A stretch of DNA of 24,138 nt from DHVE2 group archaeon (GTDB lineage: Archaea > Thermoplasmatota > Thermoplasmata > Thermoplasmatales > Aciduliprofundaceae): assembly GCA_026986135.1 (NCBI GenBank), contig JALSPD010000168.1, positions 1 through 24,138 of the forward strand, given 5' to 3'. Shown one piece after another: positions 15,292-22,385 of the stretch (position 1 is the first letter of the stretch; each line of letters begins with the position of its first letter). The translations under genes and the position numbers were made by a program. The notes beneath the pieces are model-generated. The model did not search any database. It saw only the letters and a list, made by a program, of their open reading frames with translations, and was not told the origin of the DNA.

Positions 15292-17955
15292 ATGTTAAGC
15301 AAACTTAGCAAAGATATAGTATCTGCCCTATACGAGAAGGGTATTCAGGAACCAACTGAAATACAAAAAATCGCAATACCTTTGATTTTAGAAGGAAAAA
15401 ATGTTCTTATAATATCCCCAACCGGATCTGGAAAAACCGAGGCAGCTATTTTACCTGTGATGCATAGGATAGTAAACTCCAAAGAACCACGAAAAGGCAT
15501 TTCATGCATATATATAACACCACTAAGAGCTTTAAACAGGGACATGTTGAAAAGATTGCGATATTTTGGAGAAAAATTAAATATACAAATATCCGTAAGG
15601 CACGGAGATACCCCACAGAGTGAAAGAAGAAAACAGTCGTTAAATCCGCCAGACATAATGATAACCACCCCAGAAACATTTCAAATAATGTTTTTAGGAA
15701 AAAAATTAAAAGACGCCTTGAGACATGTTAGATTTGTAATCGTGGACGAAGTTCATGAGCTCGCTGGAGATGAGAGAGGTGCTCAGCTGGCGGTGGCTCT
15801 TGAGAGACTAAAAAGATTAACCAATTTTCAAATTATAGGACTATCAGCCACTGTTGGTAATCCGGAAGAAATTGCGAAGTTTTTATCACCTGATAAAGAG
15901 ATAATTACTGTAAAAATAAGAGATAAAAACATAGCGAACATTGAGGTACGATACCCCACTGAAAACGCGGATGATGTCGCAGCAATTATGGGGTGCGAAA
16001 AAGAGTATGCATCAACTCTTATTGACATATGGAAAGAAGCAATGAAACATCGTGCAACACTTCTTTTTGTAAATACAAGATGCACGGCTGAGGATATAGG
16101 AATGCGGTACAATCTGTGGTTGAAAGATCCGCCAATTGAAGTTCATCATGGATCTCTTAGCAAAGAGCATCGCATTAAAGTTGAGAATGAATTAAAAGAG
16201 GGAAAAATAAAAATGCTGATATGCACCTCGTCTCTGGAACTAGGAATTGATGTTGGCATTGTTGATCTGGTTATACAGTACAATTCACCCAGGCAGGTTA
16301 CAAAACTTATTCAAAGAGTTGGCAGATCAGGACACAGGCAGGGTGCTATATCTAAAGGGATAATATACGCTGAAAATCCTGTAGAGCTGTGGGAAGCAGG
16401 TGCAATCGCAAAATTGATGGTTAAGGGATGGATAGAAAATGTAAAAATAAGGAAAAAACCCATAATGGTCCTGTTTAATCAAATTGTTGCCATGGCCAAT
16501 TCTGAGCGAAAGATAAATGCCATGGAAGCATATGAAATTGTAAAATCTGCATACCCATTTAGGGACCTAACATGGGAAGAATTTGAGGAAGTACTTTTTT
16601 TCGCAAAAGAGAATAAAAAGATATGGTATGATGGCTTTGAATTTGGAAAAAGCAGAGGAGGGAACATGTATTTCTACGATAACATTTCAATGATACCGGA
16701 TGAGAAATCCTACAGGGTGGTAAGCACTGACGGAAAATTCATAGGCCTTGTAGATGAGAGATTTGTTTCCACATTAAATCCGGGAGAGAGTTTTGTAATG
16801 GGCGGAAAAACATGGAGGGTTATTAACATATATGGAGAAAAGGTTATTGTGGAATACATTATGGATATCTCAATACCCCCTCGATGGATTGGTGAAGAAA
16901 TTCCGGTGCCATACGAGATAGCCATAGAGGATCCCACAATGAAATTTATGAATGATAAAGCCAAAGAGAAACTAGAAAATTTTAAACTATGGAAAAAAGA
17001 TGAAATAACCATTGAAAGGGGTGAAAATTTGATATTTGTGGGCATACGCGGAGGTACCAAAGGAAATTACACACTGGGACTTGCAATATCATCATTACTT
17101 TCGCAAAAAATTGGAGAAAGCGTGGAATTTAGCATAACTCCATACAGTATAGCGTTTTTTAATCCACATGTAGCAGAGAAGGATATTGAAAATATTTTTA
17201 AAAAATTGACAAACCTTCGTGGATTATTAAAAATCGTCATTAAAAACTCACGAGTATTCAAATATACATTCCTACATGTAGCCAGAAAAATGGGAGTTAT
17301 AGGAAAAAATTCCAGCATAACCAATACAAAAATTGAGAAGATTGCAAACACCTATAAAAACAGTGTCTTATACAGGGAGGTACTCAATAAGATATTGCAT
17401 GATTATATGGACATAGAAAATGCAGAAAAAATTCTAAAAGAAATACAAAAGGGGAATATCAAAATAAAATTCAGAAAACTAAGCAATGAAGCAAAACTAC
17501 TTCTTGAATCAAAGGGTGATCTTGCTTCACCAATATTGGCCACTAGACCTGTGCTTGAAGCAGTACATAAAAGACTAATGAACGAAGAAATGATTTTGCT
17601 ATGTCTCTCCTGTAAAAAGAGCATGCATATAAAGGTAAAAAATTTTGAGAAAGCCATATGTCCTTTCTGCGGAAGTGTGAGGGTTACTCTTCTTAAACCA
17701 TATGAGGAAAAACTGATAAATGAAATAAAAAAAGGAAATAAAATTAAAGCTTCTGATATGGAGAGACTAATTGGCATCTCGCATTTATTACGTAGACACA
17801 GAAGAATAGGCGCCATGGCTCTTGCAGGTAGAGGAATAGGTTTGACTGCTGCAGCCAGAATACTGAGCATCCCTTATGATGATGAATTAGAAGTTGTAAA
17901 AAGGATCTTAAAGGAAGAACTAAAATATGCAAAAAATAGGCAGTTTTGGGATTAG
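15292..17955 (+). CDS. lhr: Lhr-family SF2 (DEAD/DEAH-box) helicase with a C-terminal CxxC...CxxC zinc-binding motif
   Basis: SPTGSGKT, YITPLRALNRD, DEVHE, GLSATVG, HHGSLS, TSSLELGIDVG and QRVGRSGH motifs; CLSC...CPFC near the C-terminus. Confidence 0.92.
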   Translation: MLSKLSKDIVSALYEKGIQEPTEIQKIAIPLILEGKNVLIISPTGSGKTEAAILPVMHRIVNSKEPRKGISCIYITPLRALNRDMLKRLRYFGEKLNIQISVRHGDTPQSERRKQSLNPPDIMITTPETFQIMFLGKKLKDALRHVRFVIVDEVHELAGDERGAQLAVALERLKRLTNFQIIGLSATVGNPEEIAKFLSPDKEIITVKIRDKNIANIEVRYPTENADDVAAIMGCEKEYASTLIDIWKEAMKHRATLLFVNTRCTAEDIGMRYNLWLKDPPIEVHHGSLSKEHRIKVENELKEGKIKMLICTSSLELGIDVGIVDLVIQYNSPRQVTKLIQRVGRSGHRQGAISKGIIYAENPVELWEAGAIAKLMVKGWIENVKIRKKPIMVLFNQIVAMANSERKINAMEAYEIVKSAYPFRDLTWEEFEEVLFFAKENKKIWYDGFEFGKSRGGNMYFYDNISMIPDEKSYRVVSTDGKFIGLVDERFVSTLNPGESFVMGGKTWRVINIYGEKVIVEYIMDISIPPRWIGEEIPVPYEIAIEDPTMKFMNDKAKEKLENFKLWKKDEITIERGENLIFVGIRGGTKGNYTLGLAISSLLSQKIGESVEFSITPYSIAFFNPHVAEKDIENIFKKLTNLRGLLKIVIKNSRVFKYTFLHVARKMGVIGKNSSITNTKIEKIANTYKNSVLYREVLNKILHDYMDIENAEKILKEIQKGNIKIKFRKLSNEAKLLLESKGDLASPILATRPVLEAVHKRLMNEEMILLCLSCKKSMHIKVKNFEKAICPFCGSVRVTLLKPYEEKLINEIKKGNKIKASDMERLIGISHLLRRHRRIGAMALAGRGIGLTAAARILSIPYDDELEVVKRILKEELKYAKNRQFWD

Positions 17956-17973
17956 ATAAATAGATATATGAAC

Positions 17974-18010
17974 ACCAATAAAAATGACGCCTGTGACAAA
18001 CCAATAAAAA
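17974..18010 (+). repeat. 11-nt exact direct repeat ACCAATAAAAA (17974-17984 and 18000-18010), immediately upstream of a TTTTTTAAA TATA-like element
   Basis: Read directly from the sequence; the copies start 26 nt apart. Confidence 0.7.
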
Positions 18011-18051
18011 GTTTTTTAAATGTTCACACAATGCACGAAAAGGTGTCTGAA

Positions 18052-18669
18052 ATGACTGAGCTATACGATTATGAATTCCTGTTAAAGAGAGTAAGAGATT
18101 CGCTCCCTGAAACCATAAAACATCATGAGAGATTTGAAATTCCAAAAGCGGAGGTGCTTCAAGAAGGTAAAAACACAATTATAAGAAACTTCCTTACAAT
18201 AGCTAAAAGGGTAAATAGAGATCCGACACATATATATAAATACCTTATGAGGGAGTTAGGCACTGCAGGTACTGTCCAAGGAGAAAGGCTAATACTTAAA
18301 GGCAGGATTTCTCCTTCAATGGTACAGAGACGAGTGGATAGTTATGTTCGCACATATGTGCTCTGCTCCGAATGCGGATCTCCTGACACAGAACTAAGAA
18401 AAGATGGAAGAATTGAAATATTGGTTTGCAAGGCATGCGGTGCAATGAGACCCGTTCAAGCGAAAATTGATGTCCGCATGGCCACAGAAAGCGTAAAAGA
18501 AGGGAAGATTTATGATTTAGAAATCACTGATCTAAGCAGAGACGGTGATGGAATTGCAAGGTATGGAAATTATGTAATATACGTCCCTGGCGCAAGAAAG
18601 GGCCAGAAAGTAAAAGTAAAGATAATAAAAATAAAGAAGAATATGGCGTTTGGCGAAGTAGTGAGTTAA
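18052..18669 (+). CDS. eif2b: Translation initiation factor 2 subunit beta (aIF-2beta) with a C-terminal TRAM domain
   Basis: YDYEFLLKR...RFEIP, YLMRELGTAG, zinc ribbon CSECGSPDT...CKACGA, and TRAM segment GDGIARYGNYVIYVPGARKG. The ATG at 18052 is preceded by AGGTG; upstream ATGs at 17968 and 18031 are less likely. Confidence 0.93.
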   Translation: MTELYDYEFLLKRVRDSLPETIKHHERFEIPKAEVLQEGKNTIIRNFLTIAKRVNRDPTHIYKYLMRELGTAGTVQGERLILKGRISPSMVQRRVDSYVRTYVLCSECGSPDTELRKDGRIEILVCKACGAMRPVQAKIDVRMATESVKEGKIYDLEITDLSRDGDGIARYGNYVIYVPGARKGQKVKVKIIKIKKNMAFGEVVS

Positions 18670-19026
18670 ATGCGAGTGGTGCTCGACACCAATGCCCTTC
18701 TAATGCCATTTGAATTCAGGATCAACATAGATACTGAGTTAAGAAGGTTACTTGGAAATCCAGAGATATATATACCTAGCTGTGTTATTGGAGAACTTAA
18801 TAGATTATCAAAAAAAAGATGGGAAGGAAAGGCTGCATTACAACTCGCCAGAAAATACAATATAATAGAGGTTTCTATGCTAGGAGATAGTGGTGTGATA
18901 GAAGCGGGTAAAAAACTTGGAGCATATGTGGTAACCAATGACAGAAATCTTATTGAAAAACTCAAAAAAGAAGGAATCAAAATTGTAACACTAAGTAACC
19001 ATCATTTGGTGATAGAAAATGAATAG
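18670..19026 (+). CDS. PIN-domain protein (Fcf1/Utp23-like archaeal family)
   Basis: MRVVLDTNALLMPF, IPSCVIGEL, GD..VI and VVTNDRNL motifs; abuts the aIF-2beta stop. Confidence 0.88.
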   Translation: MRVVLDTNALLMPFEFRINIDTELRRLLGNPEIYIPSCVIGELNRLSKKRWEGKAALQLARKYNIIEVSMLGDSGVIEAGKKLGAYVVTNDRNLIEKLKKEGIKIVTLSNHHLVIENE

Positions 19027-19684
19027 GGCATACGCTCAAATGCTATTAAGAGAACTGGCACTCCGTGGAGCTATGGATCGTTACGTAATAATTTCAACTA
19101 AGGATGTAGGTAAGAGAATAGGCATCAGTCAGCAGAGTGCCTCCAGATGGCTTAGCGAACTTGAAACCGAAGGCTTGATCCGAAGGGAAAGATTTGGAAA
19201 AAATATGAAAGTAAAAATAACTCCCGCGGGGATCAACATTTTAAAGAGGATATACTACGAGTATTCCGCCATATTTGGCATACCCAAAATAATAAAATTA
19301 AAGGGCACTGTTATAAGTGGGTTGGGGGAGGGCCGATATTACATAATGAAAGAGGGCTATCGCTCACAGATAAGGGAAAAACTTATGTTTGATCCATATC
19401 CAGGGACACTTAATATTAAAGTTTATCCCAACTATGTAGATAATGCAAGGAATCTGAGAGAGGCAAATGATATTATCTTAAAAGGATTTGTAGAGAACGG
19501 ACGCAAATTTGGTGATGTTAGAGCATTTTTTGCAACAATTGAAGGATATATGGGTGCTCTCATAATCCCTGAAATGAGCCACTATAAAGATATAGTGGAG
19601 ATAATAGCAGACGTAAGTCTTAGGGAAAAATTTAGACTTAAAGATGGGGATGAAGTGGAGATAAATGTTTATCTCCTGTCTTAA
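19019..19684 (+). CDS. ribK: CTP-dependent riboflavin kinase with an N-terminal HTH domain (RbkR-type regulator/kinase)
   Basis: HTH segment ISTKDVGKRIGISQQSASRWLSELETEG; kinase motifs GTVISGLGEGRYY, PYPGTLNI, VEIIADVSLR and LKDGDEV. Confidence 0.93.
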   Translation: MNRAYAQMLLRELALRGAMDRYVIISTKDVGKRIGISQQSASRWLSELETEGLIRRERFGKNMKVKITPAGINILKRIYYEYSAIFGIPKIIKLKGTVISGLGEGRYYIMKEGYRSQIREKLMFDPYPGTLNIKVYPNYVDNARNLREANDIILKGFVENGRKFGDVRAFFATIEGYMGALIIPEMSHYKDIVEIIADVSLREKFRLKDGDEVEINVYLLS

Positions 19685-19695
19685 ATATTGCGCAT

Positions 19696-20160
19696 TTATA
19701 TTATGTTCTCCACGATGTCTTCCGCATTCATTTCTCTACCGCAATACTTGCATTTTATTGTTATCGGCGTCTTTGATATCACATAAAATTCAGATTGTAT
19801 AGGCTCTTTATGATTGGTAATACATCTCGGGTTCATACACTTAACAATTCCTTTTACAACTGAAGGTATCTCTACCCTATGCTTCCTCACAACTTTATAA
19901 TTTTCTATAAAATTTACTGTTGCACTGGGTGCTATCAGAGAAATTTTATCAATCTCACGATCATCAAGATATCTGTCCTCAATCTTTACAATGTCCTTCC
20001 ATCCACGACTACTTTTAACATGCATTGCAAGGGTTACTGTAGAGCCAATATCACCCTGTATACCAAGTATTTTAAGAACTTTTAGAGACATACCGCAAGG
20101 AATATGGTCAATCACAATCCCATTTTTTATTTTCTGAACCTTAAGTACCTGCTCATCCAT
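19696..20160 (-). CDS. pyrI: Aspartate carbamoyltransferase regulatory subunit
   Basis: LKVQKIKNGIVIDHI, KDIVKIE, ISLIAPSATVN, zinc site CMNPRCITN...CKYCG; TAATG overlap with pyrB. Confidence 0.96.
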   Translation of the reverse strand: MDEQVLKVQKIKNGIVIDHIPCGMSLKVLKILGIQGDIGSTVTLAMHVKSSRGWKDIVKIEDRYLDDREIDKISLIAPSATVNFIENYKVVRKHRVEIPSVVKGIVKCMNPRCITNHKEPIQSEFYVISKTPITIKCKYCGREMNAEDIVENII

Positions 20161-21074
20161 TACATCACCCCCAGTACAAGGGATAATAGGGCCATTCTTA
20201 TAGGAACACCGTAAAATGCCTGCTTGAAATACCTTGCATGCTTTGTTTTATCAACTTCAAATGAAATTTCATCAACCCTGGGAAGAGGATGCATAATTAT
20301 AGCCGTGTCTTTCATACGCTTAGTTAGCTCTAGACTTATCTTATATGATCCTGCTACTTTCATATACTCTGTAGGGTCTGGAAACCTCTCCCTCTGAATC
20401 CTAGTTACATAAAACACATCTGAAATTTCAATAACCTCTTCAATGTTTTCATGGACCTCTGGGGATGTTTTCATCTCCCTTAAAATATGGCCCGGCATTT
20501 TAAGTGTTCTCGGGGACACTAAATGTATCTCTGCCCCTAAATTACTGAGAGCAATGGCAAGAGAGTGTACTGTTCTCCCGTATCTCAGATCCCCCACCAG
20601 GGTAACCTTTAATCCCTCCACGTGGGCAAATTCCTGAAGTATCGTGAAAATATCAAGTAAAGTTTGAGTAGGATGCTGGCCTGCACCATCACCAGCATTT
20701 ATAACTGGATTTTCTGCAAATTCAGCTGCAAGCCTAGCAGCACCCTCCAGCGGATGACGAATCACTATCACATCGCTATAAGCATCCATCATCCTCACAG
20801 TATCCGCAAGGGTCTCACCTTTGCTCAGAGAGGTTGAGGAAGGATTACTGAACCCCAAAACCTTACCGCCAAGTCTGTACATGGCCGCTTCAAAGGACAT
20901 TCTTGTTCTGGTTGAAGGTTCAAAAAATAGATTGGCAAGTATATATCCTTTGAGAAGATCGCTTTTTCTCTCGCCCTTAGCTATAGGTATCATCTCTTCA
21001 GCAACCTCAAAAATCCTTTCCATATCACTTTTTGATAGGTCCCCTATAGACACAATATCTTTTCCTTTGAACAT
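20160..21074 (-). CDS. pyrB: Aspartate carbamoyltransferase catalytic subunit
   Basis: FFEPSTRT, HPTQTLLD, GDLRYGRTVHS and HPLPR motifs. Start moved to MFKGKDIVSI at 21074. Confidence 0.97.
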   Translation of the reverse strand: MFKGKDIVSIGDLSKSDMERIFEVAEEMIPIAKGERKSDLLKGYILANLFFEPSTRTRMSFEAAMYRLGGKVLGFSNPSSTSLSKGETLADTVRMMDAYSDVIVIRHPLEGAARLAAEFAENPVINAGDGAGQHPTQTLLDIFTILQEFAHVEGLKVTLVGDLRYGRTVHSLAIALSNLGAEIHLVSPRTLKMPGHILREMKTSPEVHENIEEVIEISDVFYVTRIQRERFPDPTEYMKVAGSYKISLELTKRMKDTAIIMHPLPRVDEISFEVDKTKHARYFKQAFYGVPIRMALLSLVLGVM

Positions 21075-21093
21075 CAGGGAAATATGGAAAAGA

Positions 21094-21101
21094 TATATAA
21101 A
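21094..21101 (-). promoter_or_regulatory. TATA box TTTATATA for pyrBI (probably leaderless)
   Basis: Consensus archaeal TATA box 20-27 nt upstream of the ATG at 21074. Confidence 0.6.
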
Positions 21102-21206
21102 GAATTGCCCCACTAAAAACTCTTAATCCATATTTTAAAGTACCCCATAGATAAAGTATTATGCGCGCAATCACAATCTACAAATAGAGAGTTTATTATT
21201 AGAAAC

Positions 21207-21776
21207 TCATATTGTCCTATCCCGCCCACTGCATAGATTTTTAAAATGCTTTACACCTTCTAACGGGCCTTTCGCTATTAAAATATCCCCTGGTAACACC
21301 ACAGTATTTTCTGTAGGTCCAAATATCCATCTGCCCTTTCTTTTTATAGCGATTACCCACATACCAGTCTCACTGGCCAAATTAAGTTCTCCAAGAGTTT
21401 TATTTGCCAAAACACTACGCTCACTTACTTTTCCTAAGGTAATAGTGACATCGCTTTCCTTAATGCTTTCTTTGATGACGGGATGTGGCTCTATATCCCT
21501 TAAAACAACATCTGCTATCTGTACTGCAGAATCAGATATGGCCTCAATGCTTGTGGCGAGCCTTATTATAACAAGAGCTTTGGAAACATTTCCTTCTTCA
21601 ACCGCCTGCCTGATGGCTTCTTCTTGAATCCGATAGTAAGTTTCATCAATTTTTTCCTCAAGATATTTCACTTCCTCTGCAATTTCTCTGTTGTTATAAA
21701 TCAGCGATGAGTATGCAAGGTCAATCATCAACTCAGATATATTTTTCATCTCAATTAGCATCTCACCTAATCCCAA
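21207..21776 (-). CDS. PhoU-like helical domain plus TrkA_C (RCK_C) domain protein, paralog 2
   Basis: EMKNISELMIDLAYSSL...LEEKID (PhoU-like) and LGELNLASETGMWVIAIKR...PGDILIAKG (TrkA_C). TTG start overlapping the upstream paralog. Confidence 0.85.
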   Translation of the reverse strand: MGLGEMLIEMKNISELMIDLAYSSLIYNNREIAEEVKYLEEKIDETYYRIQEEAIRQAVEEGNVSKALVIIRLATSIEAISDSAVQIADVVLRDIEPHPVIKESIKESDVTITLGKVSERSVLANKTLGELNLASETGMWVIAIKRKGRWIFGPTENTVVLPGDILIAKGPLEGVKHFKNLCSGRDRTI

Positions 21777-22339
21777 CTTTCTTCCCCCCTGGCAACCCTA
21801 TCAAGGAATTTGTAGCCATCTTCAGTACCTCTTATTATCAAAATATCTCCTGATTTTATTCTTACATCACCTTCAGGATCATATATCCATCCTTTACCCC
21901 TTTTAATGGCAATAATACGAACCCCCGTCTCCGCCTCTACATTAAGATCACCAATTGTCCTGTTCACAATTCCAGATTTATCGCTTACCATCACCACATG
22001 GAGTTTTTCATCAGCTTTACTAAACAGGCTAGGCAAAAACGGACGTGTTGTTATATCCAAATCAAGCAGATATACGATATCTGTAGCTGCATTAGCGATA
22101 TTTTTAGCTGCATCTGCCACCTGCAAAATTCCAGAGAGTTGCTCAGCCTCTTTTATATTGTTTGCAGCAAGCATCGTCTTTATCCTGACTTTATAAACCA
22201 GATCATCCATTTCTCTTTCCAGATTCTCCACTTCACGAGCCATATCCTCACTATCAAAAATAAGAGCCGAATATGCTAGATCCACGATAAGCTCTGATTT
22301 TTCTTTTATATCAACCAATAGGTCCTTTACTGATTCCAT
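21767..22339 (-). CDS. PhoU-like helical domain plus TrkA_C (RCK_C) domain protein, paralog 1
   Basis: DIKEKSELIVDLAYSAL...LEREMD and IGDLNVEAETGVRIIAIKR...SGDILIIRG. Start moved to MESVKD at 22339. Confidence 0.85.
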   Translation of the reverse strand: MESVKDLLVDIKEKSELIVDLAYSALIFDSEDMAREVENLEREMDDLVYKVRIKTMLAANNIKEAEQLSGILQVADAAKNIANAATDIVYLLDLDITTRPFLPSLFSKADEKLHVVMVSDKSGIVNRTIGDLNVEAETGVRIIAIKRGKGWIYDPEGDVRIKSGDILIIRGTEDGYKFLDRVARGEESWD

Positions 22340-22363
22340 CAAAAAAGCATAGAAAAAATAAAG

Positions 22364-22377
22364 ATATAATGTTTTCG
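22364..22377 (-). promoter_or_regulatory. BRE-TATA element CGAAAA-CA-TTATAT for the PhoU/TrkA_C pair
   Basis: TATA box lies 25-30 nt upstream of the ATG at 22339. No SD sequence, and the spacer is T-rich. Confidence 0.6.
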
Positions 22378-22385
22378 CCCGATAC

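Noticed and set aside
17968-18051. N-terminal extension of aIF-2beta
   Set aside because: Not similar to the family, contains TATA-like and repeat elements, and the ATG at 18052 has an SD-like AGGTG.
21075-21113. N-terminal extension of pyrB; likewise 22340-22396 for the PhoU/TrkA_C gene
   Set aside because: These stretches contain the TATA boxes, and family similarity begins at the downstream ATGs.
21114-21206. Possible ncRNA or attenuator upstream of pyrB (TGCGCGCA palindrome; 7-bp inverted repeat AAACTCT/AGAGTTT)
   Set aside because: Stems are too short for an AT-rich region, there is no tRNA or C/D-box pattern, and it lies upstream of the pyrB TATA box so it would not be in the leader.
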